Origin: Candidatus Omnitrophota bacterium | GTDB lineage: Bacteria > Omnitrophota > Gorgyraeia > Zapsychrales > Zapsychraceae | Assembly (NCBI GenBank): GCA_015233405.1 | Contig: JADFXT010000007.1 | Location: 390-64,389, forward strand | DNA: 64,000 nucleotides | Reading direction: 5' to 3' | Shown here: in pieces, positions 8,530 through 19,200 of the stretch | How positions within the stretch are numbered: position 1 is the stretch's first letter | Layout of the letters: every line of letters starts with the position of its first letter | Position numbers and translations under genes: made by a program | The notes under the pieces: model-generated | What the model was told of the DNA's origin: nothing | Database searches by the model: none | The model's input: only the letters and a program-made list of their open reading frames with translations

Positions 8530-9009
8530 ATGATATTCAGTAAATTGTTAAAAAATAAAAAAGCACAGAATACCGCGGAATACGCGATCTTAATATCGCT
8601 GGTTGTCTCGACGGCAACAACGATGCAGGCTTATGTTCAACGGTCTATTCAAGGCAGGGTCAAGGACGCTTCCAATCTGATGACCTCTGTCAAAGGCGAT
8701 GATGTGGTTACGATTTCTTGGAAATCGGTCACGTGCCGTAAGTCCATGCAGTCCACCCAGCAATATGAACCGTATTATTTAACCAAAGAGTATGAGATCG
8801 CGAGCGCCACGGAAAAAATGAAATATTTAAATGGTGATGCGATTGAAGGTGCCGGGATGAGCGTCAATTCCACCCGTTCCAAGATGGGCGGGCAAACAAC
8901 ATTATGGAATGCGACTTTAGAAAAACTTTTTGCGGAAGACAATTTCTTTAATCGGCATAGAAGACATCACCATCATCGAAGAGATACCACACCAACCTCG
9001 GTACTCTAG
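8530..9009 (+). CDS. Flp/Fap-like type IVb pilin-like protein with a long C-terminal extension and a His/Arg-rich tail
   Basis: A GGGGGA SD precedes the ATG. The N-terminus KKAQNTAEYAILISLVV places Glu and Tyr at +5/+6 of a putative cleavage site, followed by a hydrophobic helix, as in Flp prepilins. The C-terminus ends in HRRHHHHRRD. Confidence 0.45.
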   Translation: MIFSKLLKNKKAQNTAEYAILISLVVSTATTMQAYVQRSIQGRVKDASNLMTSVKGDDVVTISWKSVTCRKSMQSTQQYEPYYLTKEYEIASATEKMKYLNGDAIEGAGMSVNSTRSKMGGQTTLWNATLEKLFAEDNFFNRHRRHHHHRRDTTPTSVL

Positions 9010-9215
9010 AGATCAATAATCTTCATTTCATTTGCCAATCCTTCTTGGGATGCCCTTCCTGTGTTGTTTCTTTGTTTTAATCCTGGTAAAAAAAGGTTAG
9101 AAAAGATTTTCACCAGTGCATTTTGGGTCTAGAGAAGAGGGGCTTGACAGAACCAGCTCTCGTCGGACAAGTTTGGCCTAAAAACAAATGTTTGATTAAT
9201 CATCAAAAATATTTG

Positions 9216-9244
9216 TTGACAAATAAAATATCTTTTGGTATAAA
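9216..9244 (+). promoter_or_regulatory. Near-consensus sigma70 promoter for the SpvB-domain gene
   Basis: TTGACA (9216-9221), a 17-nt spacer and TATAAA (9239-9244), 27 nt upstream of the ATG at 9271. Confidence 0.5.
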
Positions 9245-9270
9245 TGGCATTGTCTCCCCAAGACGATGTA

Positions 9271-11931
9271 ATGAAAAAGATATTCTTAAGCATTTTTGTT
9301 GTTACCATTCTTTTTAGCAAATTATCCTACGCCGCAACGCCGACCCTCGGCACGGTTACACCTGCAAGCGGCAACACTACTCCCAACGCGGCGATATCTT
9401 TTGTTTGTAAATATTCCGACACCACCGGCTGGCAAGATTTAAAAGAAGCCAACCTCTTGGTCAATACATCCACAACGCTGACCAATACCGCCTACCTTTA
9501 TTATGACCAGAACAGCGGACTTCTCTATTTAAGGAACGACGCGAACACGGCGTGGTTAGGAGGTTACAAGCCGGGAACAAGTAATGTTATAGAGAATGCG
9601 CAAGTCAAACTCAATTGTGCCTCATCGACGGTTTCCGGTTCCAGTACGACCATGACCGTCACCTTTAACGTAACATTTAAGACGGCCTACTCCGGGAAAA
9701 CTTTTAATCTGTATCTGGCCGCTAAGAATGACGCCGGAACTTCCGTTACCTTCTCTAATAAAGGAACATACACGATTAATAGTGCGCCGGCCCTAGGAGC
9801 GGTGACGCCATCTTCCGGCACGGGCACTGCTGGCGTACAAAAAATTTTTACCACAACTTATACGGATTCGGATGGCTGGCAGAATATTCAGCTGGCATAT
9901 TTTCTTATCAGTACTTCCTCGACGGCGCTTACAAATTGTTTTTATGGGTATTATGACCAAAATGCAAATAAACTTTATTTGCGTAATGATGCAAATACTG
10001 CTTGGTTAGGCGGTTATGCGCCGGGATCTGCTAATACCATAGAAAATTCCTATGCCAAGATTGACTGCAGTACGACCACTGTGACGGCAAGCACATCTAC
10101 TATGACGGTCAGCTGGGCGGTGACTTTAAAACCGGCATTTAAAGGAAGCAAGAGCGTCTATCTTTCCGTCAAGGATGATGTCAATATCTCCGTTAACTTA
10201 ACGTCCAAGGGAACATGGATCGTCGCTGTGGTCAATAATCCGCCGCAGACAAGCGATGTATCGCCTTATGTCGGCGCTTCGATTCCAAACCAAACGTTTA
10301 ATTTTACAACCACGTATTCAGATGCCGACGGTTACTCGGATATCAAATCCGTCTACTTTTTGATCAGTCCATCTTCGACGAGTTTAACGAATTGTCCGTA
10401 TTTGTATTACGACAAAAGCGCCAATAAGCTTTATCTCAGGAATGATGCTAACACCGCTTGGCTGGGTGGTTATGCGCCGGGATCGAGCAATACAATTGAA
10501 AATTCTTATGCAAAATTATCGTGCGCCTCAACCACGGTTTCCGGTAGTGGAAATATTCTTACAGTCAAATGGTCCATTATTCTTAAAACAGCATTTCTGG
10601 GGACGGAAAATACTTATTTAAATGTTACGGACACGGCCGGTCTGACTTCCGGCTGGATACAAAAAGGTTCCTGGACCGCGCTCGATAGCGGAACGGTCAT
10701 TGGTCCTTCGGGTGGCCAGGTTTCCTCTCCCGATGGAAAGGTCAAATTGATCATTCCCGCCGGAGCGGTCACAAGCCCGACGGCCATGAGCATTTCTCCG
10801 GTCTCAAATGACACTTTAAAGACGGCCGCACCACAGAATTCCATCATGCTAAGTGCGGTTGATTGTAAGCCGTACGGTTTTGTCTTTAATAGTTTGGTTT
10901 CTCTTGTCTATACACTTTCTCAGGCCGCTGTTCCGGGGACGACGGTCCAGCTCGGGCTTTATGATAGTGCCAATAAAACGCTTATTTCCATGGATTCACC
11001 GTCGGGGATTTCAAGTGACGGATACAGCGTGACATTTTCGATCGTCCACTTTTCTACGTATGCCGCGTTTGAAAATCTGATTTCAAGCGGGGCGGCCATT
11101 GGCGGAGGAGTCAAGATCCCATTGCCGGACATGCTGACCGGAGCTTTTGGCCATGCGATCCCCATTGCTGTCTCGCCGGGTCGAAAAGGCATGCAACCAG
11201 CCTTGGCCTTAAGTTATCGTTCCGCAAGTGGTAATTCTTGGGTCGGTTTAGGCTTTAGCCTTAATCCCGGTTATATTGTCCGCTCCACAAGGTTAGGCCC
11301 GCCAAAATACGACGATGTTCAAGATACATTTTATCTGGTCACCGACGCTGGAACTATGGAGTTGGTGCATCTGATCGACAACCTTTACCAAGCGAAGATC
11401 GAGTCGACGTTCACAAAATTTTATAAGGAAACGGACAATTCTTGGCGGGCCTTGAGTAAAGACGGCAGTGTTTTAAGGTTCGGCCAGACGAGCGACGCAC
11501 GGGAAGATGCGACCCAGGGCACGTTTAGCTGGTATTTGACCAAAGCCATTGACACCAACGGAAATTACGTTGCCTACAGTTATACCAAAGACCAGGGCAA
11601 GAATTATTTAAGCCGCGTCGATTATACCGGAAATGACATCGACGTTGCGCCGACGAACAGTGTTGAGTTTGTTCTGGAATCAAGAGAAGACGTTGTTCCT
11701 AGTTATTTGAGTACGTCGAAGATTTCGACAGCCAAACGTTTAAAAGAAATTCAAGTTAAGGCTAATTCACAACTTGTGTGGAGGTATGTCTTAGATTACA
11801 GCTTAAGCTTAGACACCAACCGTTCCCTGTTAACGTCAATAACGCAATTTGCCAGCGACGGGAAGTCTTTGCCGGTACAGAGGATGAAATATCAGAGTTC
11901 AGGAAACGCGGTACAGGGAACAGGAAATTAA
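9271..11931 (+). CDS. Secreted protein: three ~150-aa tandem beta-rich repeats, then an SpvB/TcaC-type N-terminal domain (N-terminal half of a Tc-B/RHS-type toxin)
   Basis: Signal peptide MKKIFLSIFVVTILFSKLSYA. The SpvB-type signature is GAFGHAIPIAVSPGRKGMQPALALSYRSASGNSWVGLGFSL, followed by YD-like strands (WYLTKAIDTNGNYVAYSY; SLLTSITQFASDGKSLPVQRMKY). Confidence 0.8.
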   Translation: MKKIFLSIFVVTILFSKLSYAATPTLGTVTPASGNTTPNAAISFVCKYSDTTGWQDLKEANLLVNTSTTLTNTAYLYYDQNSGLLYLRNDANTAWLGGYKPGTSNVIENAQVKLNCASSTVSGSSTTMTVTFNVTFKTAYSGKTFNLYLAAKNDAGTSVTFSNKGTYTINSAPALGAVTPSSGTGTAGVQKIFTTTYTDSDGWQNIQLAYFLISTSSTALTNCFYGYYDQNANKLYLRNDANTAWLGGYAPGSANTIENSYAKIDCSTTTVTASTSTMTVSWAVTLKPAFKGSKSVYLSVKDDVNISVNLTSKGTWIVAVVNNPPQTSDVSPYVGASIPNQTFNFTTTYSDADGYSDIKSVYFLISPSSTSLTNCPYLYYDKSANKLYLRNDANTAWLGGYAPGSSNTIENSYAKLSCASTTVSGSGNILTVKWSIILKTAFLGTENTYLNVTDTAGLTSGWIQKGSWTALDSGTVIGPSGGQVSSPDGKVKLIIPAGAVTSPTAMSISPVSNDTLKTAAPQNSIMLSAVDCKPYGFVFNSLVSLVYTLSQAAVPGTTVQLGLYDSANKTLISMDSPSGISSDGYSVTFSIVHFSTYAAFENLISSGAAIGGGVKIPLPDMLTGAFGHAIPIAVSPGRKGMQPALALSYRSASGNSWVGLGFSLNPGYIVRSTRLGPPKYDDVQDTFYLVTDAGTMELVHLIDNLYQAKIESTFTKFYKETDNSWRALSKDGSVLRFGQTSDAREDATQGTFSWYLTKAIDTNGNYVAYSYTKDQGKNYLSRVDYTGNDIDVAPTNSVEFVLESREDVVPSYLSTSKISTAKRLKEIQVKANSQLVWRYVLDYSLSLDTNRSLLTSITQFASDGKSLPVQRMKYQSSGNAVQGTGN
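9337..10684 (+). repeat. Three tandem in-frame ~150-aa domain repeats within the SpvB-domain protein
   Basis: Each unit contains the core F..(T/K)Y(S/T)D..G(W/Y)......L(I/V).(T/S)S...LTN..Y.YYD(Q/K)...(K/L)LYLRNDANTAWLGGY.PG(S/T).N.IEN...K, then T(M/L)TV.(W/F) and a (K/T)G(T/S)W strand. Confidence 0.8.
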
Positions 11932-11934
11932 AAG

Positions 11935-12390
11935 AACGAAATTCGAATATCGAAATCCGAGGCAAAAAGCAATGTTAGAAATAAAAAATCCTAAACAATA
12001 TGACTTAGAAGAACGTACTTTTAGGTTTGCCCAGAGAATTATGAAATATGTGAAAAATCTGCCGCGGACAATTCCTAACTTTGAAATATCAAGCCAGCTT
12101 GTTAGGTCAGGATCTTCTGTGGGGGCAAATTACATTGAGGCCAATGAATCTTTAGGGAAGAAAGATTTTATGATGAGAATAAAAATATCAAGAAAAGAAG
12201 CAAAAGAAAGCAGATATTGGCTGAAGTTAAGCGAATTTAGAGAAGATCAATCAGAAGAAAAAGATTTTTTAATCCAGGAGTCAACGGAGCTCATGAATAT
12301 CTTTGGGGCAATTTTAAAGAATTCACAGACCCCTTAGAGTTTATATGTTTCGGATTTGTTTCGTATTTCGATATTCGTATTTTGAATTTT
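11935..12390 (+). other. Inverted-repeat-bracketed cassette carrying the four-helix-bundle gene (IVS-like element)
   Basis: The left arm TCGAATATCGAAATCCGA (11943-11960) is complementary to the right arm TCGGATTT[bulge]TTCGATATTCG (12350-12378). The arms share 13-17-nt identities with the perfect palindrome at 36853-36956. Confidence 0.55.
11972..12337 (+). CDS. Four-helix-bundle protein (23S rRNA intervening-sequence protein family, TIGR02436/PF05635-like)
   Basis: The family signature runs across the whole length: ERTFRFAQRIMKYVKNLP...QLVRSGSSVGANYIEA...KDF..RIKISRKEAKESRYWLKL. Confidence 0.85.
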   Translation: MLEIKNPKQYDLEERTFRFAQRIMKYVKNLPRTIPNFEISSQLVRSGSSVGANYIEANESLGKKDFMMRIKISRKEAKESRYWLKLSEFREDQSEEKDFLIQESTELMNIFGAILKNSQTP

Positions 12391-12409
12391 AAAAATAGGA
12401 GGATTGGCT

Positions 12410-13180
12410 ATGAAGAAGATGTTTATTTTGTCGTTGTTATTGTTAATTATGTGCGCTCCTGTTCTTGCCTCGGTTCCGCACTTGATCAACTATCAAGGAC
12501 GGCTCACGGACACAAGCGGTGCGCCTTTGACCGGATCGTATAGCATTACGTTTCGGCTTTATGACGCGCTGACGGCGGGTAATTTGTTATGGGAAGAAGT
12601 GCAGACGGGCGTTGTCGTCGATAAAGGATTGTTCTCGACGCTTTTAGGCTCCACCACAGCGTTAAATCTTGTTTTTGACGCGCCGTATTTTTTAGAGATC
12701 AAAGTGGGGACTGAGGTCATGAGCCCGCGGCAGAGAATCACATCCGCCGGATATGCGATAAGAGCCGAAAGTGTGGACAGCGTGCCTAAGGGTATTATTG
12801 TCGCCTGGTCAGGAACGATTGCCAATATCCCATCCGGCTGGACATTGTGTAACGGCTCCAACGGTACGCCGGACTTGCGGGACAAATTCATCATCGGAGC
12901 GAAACAGGATGATAGTAGCATAGCAAAAACAAATGTTTCCGGTGCGCTTACGCAAGCTGGCGGTGAGGCGTCCCATACTTTAACTATAGTCGAAATGCCA
13001 GCGCATGCCCATACGGGATCTACTTATTATCAAGAAGGTCCTGTTGGTTATGATAGAATCGCAGTTTCCTACACGAATGGTTCTCCTGTAGGAACGGTCA
13101 CAACAAGTTCGGTAGGCGGTGGGCAGGCGCATAATAATCTTCCGCCATATTATTCATTGGCGTACATTATGAAATTATGA
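12410..13180 (+). CDS. Secreted phage tail-collar domain protein (MdpB-like)
   Basis: The start was moved to the ATG at 12410, 7 nt behind AGGAGG. It has a signal peptide and the N-terminal INYQGRLTD...FRLYD..T.GN.LWEE motif. The collar region is GWTLCNGSNGTPDLRDKFIIGA...HTLT..EMPAHAHT...GGGQAHNNLPPYYSLAYIMKL. Confidence 0.8.
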   Translation: MKKMFILSLLLLIMCAPVLASVPHLINYQGRLTDTSGAPLTGSYSITFRLYDALTAGNLLWEEVQTGVVVDKGLFSTLLGSTTALNLVFDAPYFLEIKVGTEVMSPRQRITSAGYAIRAESVDSVPKGIIVAWSGTIANIPSGWTLCNGSNGTPDLRDKFIIGAKQDDSSIAKTNVSGALTQAGGEASHTLTIVEMPAHAHTGSTYYQEGPVGYDRIAVSYTNGSPVGTVTTSSVGGGQAHNNLPPYYSLAYIMKL

Positions 13181-13193
13181 AAACCATGAGGAC

Positions 13194-13298
13194 AAATTCG
13201 AAAAACGAAGCACGGAACCCGAAATAAAAGGCAAAAATGAAAAATTTAAAATTTAAAAATTTTCGAATTTCTGATTTTAAATTTGTTTCGGATTCCGT
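13194..13298. repeat. AT-rich palindromic element (TTCGAAAT family) enclosing the annotated RHS start codon
   Basis: There are two interleaved inverted-repeat pairs. AAATTCGAAAA (13194-13204) pairs with TTTTCGAATTT (13260-13270) at 11/11. ACGGAACCCGAAA (13212-13224) pairs with TTTCGGATTCCGT (13286-13298) at 12/13. The ATG at 13237 lies between them. Confidence 0.6.
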
Positions 13299-16200
13299 AT
13301 TTAGAATTCCGGATTTATTTAAACGAATCACTTGTCTTGCTCTTGTCGTCGCGCATTTGGCGGTTTTTGGACCGGTCAGAGAGGCGTTGGCCTTTGGGGC
13401 CACGAGCACAAGTTTTAAGCTGAACTCCGGGACAATCACCGTGGGAGGAAGTGGGCGCAGCTCGACGTCTTATAAGGTAAAGCAGGACGTGGTTGGCGAA
13501 CCATCGGCAGGAAAATCCACAAGTGCGAGTTATGTGTTGGAATCAGGATTCATGCCTTCTATCAAATCCAATCCCCCGACGCAGACACAAACAATTCCTA
13601 ATCAATCCTGGTTAGAAAATGAGACGAAGAGCAATCTTTTTGATCTAGACAATTATTTTTCTAGTCCTGATGGATTAGCGCTTAGTTTTACAGCGAGCGG
13701 CACGAGCAATATCGTTGTCGCTATTGACCCGTCGACGCATCAGGTCAGTTTTTCTCAGCCGCAAGCCTGGTATGGCACGGAAAAGGTCAAGTTCACGGTA
13801 AGCGACAGCGACGGAAACACTCTCATTAGCAATGAAGTAACATTACAGGTCCAGGGCGTGAATAATCCGCCGGCTCTAGATTTCATCGCCGATGTGAATA
13901 TCAATGAAGGGGATCTTGTGACCATCACGCCGCATGCGACGGATTTGGATAATGACACGATTGCATATACTTTTAGTTCGCCGTTAAACGCGCAAGGACA
14001 ATGGCAAACGAATTATGCCAGTGCCGGAATTTATACTGTCACGGTTACGGCGACGGACCCAATGAATTTATCCGCCAGCCGGCAGTTTAAAATTAACGTC
14101 AGAAATGTCAATCGGCCGCCCGTGTTAAATCCATTGTCGACGATTACAGCCAATGAAGGCGATTTAGTCGTGATCACTCCCGTCGCCAGCGACCCAGACA
14201 ATGACGCGGTGATGCTTTATTATTCGACGCCATTTGATTCCAATGGAAGATGGTTGACCGGTTACAACGACGCAGGAACGAAGGCGATCACGGTCACAGC
14301 TTCCGACGGCACTGACACTGTGACACAAAATGTGAACGTAATTATCAACAATACCAACCGTAAGCCAATAGTTAATTTAACTGCGAGCAAGTACACGGTT
14401 AGCCCGAATACGACGTTGACCATTACTCTTTTAGCATCCGATCCCGATGGGGATGCGCTGACCTATTCCCTAAAGAAAGACACTCAGGTCATTGGCTCCG
14501 GCGTGTTTACAAATACTGTTACAGTTTCGACGTCATTTGCGGACATCGGTGACCATACGTTTACAGCGACGGTAACAGATAGCGGCAGCTTATCGGCAAC
14601 ACAGACCATCGGTATTGACGTCGCTGACCCATTACTCAATCAATATGCCATCAATCCGGTGATGGGCGATTTTAACGGCGATGCCTTAATGGATTTAGGA
14701 TTGCATAATTCGGACACGGGAAATTGGGAAATCGCGCTTTCAAATGCTGGAGTGTTTACCAATTCCGTGGATTGGCTTTCCGGATTCGGGAACTCGCGTT
14801 CGTGGCAGCCAACGAGCGGTGATTTTAATGGCGACGGGAAAACGGATGTTGCGGTCTATAATACGGCGACCGGTGAGTTTAAGGTGGCGTTGTCTACGGG
14901 AAGCAGCTTTAGCGCTCAGGCTACGACATGGCTTACGTTCTCTGGCGCGTCGGCGTCGTGGCAAATTTTTACAGGAAATTTTAATGCGGATAAATATACG
15001 GATCTAGGTTTTTATAATAAAGATACCGGCGAGGTTAAAGTTTCTTTGGGGACTGGAACGGGTTTTGGCAGCTTGACAACCTGGGTGAATAATTTCGGGA
15101 CTGGTTCTGTGGCCATGAGCGGAGATTTTAATGGCGACTCTTTGTCGGACCTTTGTTTGTTTAAAAAGGAAACCGGTGAATTTAGAATTTTGTTATCGAA
15201 TTCTCAGGTATTTGTCGATGGTTCGATATGGATATCCGGCTTTGCGATGGGATTAGATCCCATACTCTCTGATTTTAATCATGATGGATTGACCGACATT
15301 GGTTATTGGGATAAATCAACAGGTTCGTGGTATTATGCGATCTCAACCGGCTCGCAGTTTGTAAATAAGGGCACATGGCTGACGAGCTTTACCGCAGCCA
15401 ATGCCGAAAGCGCGACGACCGGCGATTTTAATGCCGACGGGATTATGGACCGCGCACTTTTTGACCGCGACGCCCAGGGCATTAACCGATGGATCATTCA
15501 GCTGACGTCGGGCGTAAAGATCCAGGACCTTTTGACGACAATCGATAACGGCATCGGCGGAAAAACCCAAGTGACCTATACTTACGCTGCTGCGTCCGAG
15601 AATGCTGAGCTGCCATTCCCCGTCTATGTCGTTTCCTCAACAAGTCTTAGCGACACGTTACCGTCAAACCAGCCGCAGGAAGTGTATACACAGCAATTTA
15701 CTTATTCCGGCGGATATTATGATGCCGCCGAGCGCGAATTCCGTGGGTTTGCGAAAGTTCGGGTGACAGATCCGATCACCAATAATTATACGGAAACGTA
15801 TTTTTATCAGGGACGGCCTAGCCAGGATGGTGCGCTCAAAGGACAGATCGACAAAATTATTGCCTACGACGGCAATGGCCGGCAGATCAGCCAAATCCAG
15901 AATACTTATGAGGTTAAGAAGGCCGGACCCGACGATAATATCCTGGGCTTTCCGGCGATCATTCAAGTCGATGCGACTGTTTGGGAAGAAAACGGCACAT
16001 CGTTACAGACGCGTAGCCGGCTAGTTTATGACGCGATCGGTAACGTGACGGCTTCTTTCGATGACGGAGAGGCGGCCAAAACCGGTGATGAAAAATCCAC
16101 CGCCACGACCTATGCTCCGGCGTATGACAACGGCAGCAGCCTTGGGTTCGCCGCCGGATTCAATCGCCCGCTTGAGGTGAGCCTTAAGGATAAAGACGGC

Positions 16201-19200
16201 AATGTCGTTACCAAAAAAGATTTCGAATATGATATCAAAGGCAATTTGTCTCGTGAGACAGCGGCTATTTATAATCCGGTCTCGCTTAGTTCCACCGATG
16301 TATCGATGTCCTACACGTATGATTCATTCGGCAATATTGCCTCAGCGACGGATGCGTTGGGACACACGGCCACGACGGAATACGAGAATACCCTGTATGC
16401 CTTTCCTCAAAAAGTCACCAATGCTTTGGGTCAGAGTGTCTCTTCAATTTACGACACCCGGTTTGGCGTAGCCACTTCCACGACGGATACGAACGGACAG
16501 ACTTCGACGACATCGTATGATTCTTTTGGGCGTCCGGTGGAAAGCCGAAATGCCAATAATGATCTCGTCGTCAGTTTTTCTTATCCGGATTTTAATACCA
16601 AAGTCACCACGCAAGGGATCCTGACAAAGACGGAATATGCCGACGGACTTGGCCGGAAATACAAAGCCGTATCAAATGGCGAAGATGGATCTTCCGAGCG
16701 CCAAGTCTCGTCGGAAATTTACTATAACAGCCGCGGTTTGGTTGACCGTGAGTCCATCGCGCATTATATCGATGAAGACGCGGCGCAAATTTCCTATACC
16801 CGAAACGAATATGATATCCGCGGGCGGCTGACAAAGACGACCGCGGATTTTCCGGGTGAGGCCAATGATGCTGCTAGTTCTGTCAATTATGTGAGCCCGC
16901 TTTATACCGAGACGACCGACGCCCAGGGGCATAAAAAAGGTGCTTTGAAAGATGTCTACGGCAACTTAATCGAGGTGACTGAATTTACCTCCGGCGGCGT
17001 TTATAAGACGGATTACGAATATGATATCCAGAAAAATTTGACCAAGGTCACGGATTCCAAGGGCAATGTCACTCAACTGACCTATGACTCCGCCGGGCAC
17101 AAGGTCAAGATGGTCGATCCCGACATGGGCACATGGACTTATGAATATGATAAATTAGGTAATTTGACAAAGCAGACCGACGCCAAAAGCCAGGTCATGA
17201 CATTTACGTATGATGCGCTTAATCGTCTTATTACTAAACAGGCCGGAAGTCAAACGCTCGTAACGTATCTTTATGATGATGTGGCCAAACAAAACAGCGT
17301 TGGCCGGTTGTCTAAAGTCACCGACCAATCGGGTTCGACGGAATTTTTCTATGACAATCTTGGACGGGAAATCAAGTCGATCAAGACCTTGGATGCTGTG
17401 CCGTATACCGTAGAACGAACCTACGATACTTTGGACCGACTGGTAACACTTAAATATCCAGACGCAGAAGTGGTGACGTACAGCTATGACGCGAATTCGG
17501 GATTATTAGAGAAGGTCCAGGGCGCGGTCGATTATGTCAAAGACATCAGTTACAACGCTAAGGGGCAGATCAAGAATATTCAGTATGGCAATAACACTAG
17601 CACAAACTACACTTACGGAAGCGATTTAAGATTGTCGCGTATTCTAACTCAAGGCGTAGGAACGCTTCAGGATCTAAATTATGTCTTTGATAAAAACGGC
17701 AATATCATGACGCTGACGGATAACTTAAGGAATAATATCCGAAATTTCTCCTATGACGACCTTGACCGTCTGACGAGTGCGCAAAATGTTCCGGCGGCGG
17801 GCGGCGGATATGCAACGTATAATTATCAGTACGATTCAATCGGCAATATGACATACAAGTCAGACGTGGGTGTGATGTCGTATGGAACAACCATTCGTCC
17901 GCATGCGGTCACGTTAGCTGGAGGATATTCCTATGCTTATGATGCCAACGGAAATATGACATCAGGAAAAAACAATCAAACATTTGCGTATGACGCCGAG
18001 AATCGTATAATAAGTGTAGCCTCATCGGGAGTGACCACCACGTTCGCCTATGACGGCGACGGAGGCCGGGTCAAAAAGACCCAAGCCAGCGGGCAGACTT
18101 CAGCGAGCACCACCTACATTGGCGCGCTCTTTGAGAAAAATTCCGACGGGAAAGCCACGAAGCACATCTTCGCCGGGTCGAGTAAGGTCTGTTCCATAGA
18201 GTCGACGGGCAACAAGTATTATATCCATTCCGATCATCTTGGCTCGTCGAGCGTCATCACGGACCAGAACGGCCAGCAAACCGCGCACTATGAATATAGT
18301 CCTTACGGTGTCGTGGTCCAGAGTGAAGGCGCGGACGCCACAAACTATAAGTTCACCGGCAAAGAGCTCGACAATACGGGCTTATATTTCTACGGGGCCC
18401 GATATTATAATCCCGAACTCGGCCGCTTCGTGACAGCGGACACCATTGTCCAGGCACCGTACAATCCGCAGACCTTAAATCGCTACGCTTATTGCGGCAA
18501 CAATCCTTTTAATTACGTCGATCCAAGCGGGCATTTTTGGTTTGTTGCTGCCATCATTGCCATTGTCAAAGCCGCAGCTGTCGGTGCTGTTATTGGCGCA
18601 GGGATTGCAGCAGCAACGAGTGGAGATATTAGCAAAGGAGCTTTACTTGGCGCAATTAGTGGCGTCCTTTGGAGCGGCACATCATTATTAATCAATCAAT
18701 TTAAAATTTCAGGTGGATTTAAACTATTAGCATATGCCGTCGGAGGAGCAGCGTCTGGGGCACTAGGATGCGCTGCTATTGGGACTGACCCAGGTCAAGG
18801 AGCGGCTTTCGGGGCGCTTAGTGGAGCAGTTTTTGGAGGAATTTCAGATATAGGGGGAAAAAGCTGGAAATGGGACCTTGGCAGAGTAGTCCTTGCTGGA
18901 GCTGCTGGGGGAGGAATTTCAAAATTAGCTGGCAGACCATTTCTTGATGGATTTGTCTTCGCTGCCTCAGTAGCAGGCGCAGATTTCGTATATAGAACAA
19001 TCCTGAATGTAAAACCGGAATGCCAGGGGCGAGGCGGTTCTATGAAAACAGCCTTAAAAGATGGTCAGCCCAAATTGGACGTTGATGGTAATCCCTTAAT
19101 GGGAATGGATGGTAAAGAGAAAGTCATTCAAAAAGATCTTGATGTTAGTAATGTCGGAGTTCGTTCAAGACCAAGTTACATTGATTTAAAACAAAAATGT

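Noticed and set aside
9123-9320. The overlapping 64-aa (plus) and 63-aa (minus) ORFs upstream of the SpvB-domain gene.
   Set aside because: They cover the near-consensus promoter (TTGACA-17-TATAAA) and the signal-peptide start of the real gene. They mirror each other on both strands, so they are spurious.
13237-13330. Treating the first ~30 codons of the RHS ORF (MKNLKFKNFRISDFKFVSDSVFRIPDLFKR) as a genuine N-terminal domain.
   Set aside because: This stretch is the translation of the AT-rich palindromic element. I kept 13237 as the only in-frame ATG before the hydrophobic segment, but the true initiation site cannot be decided from sequence alone.
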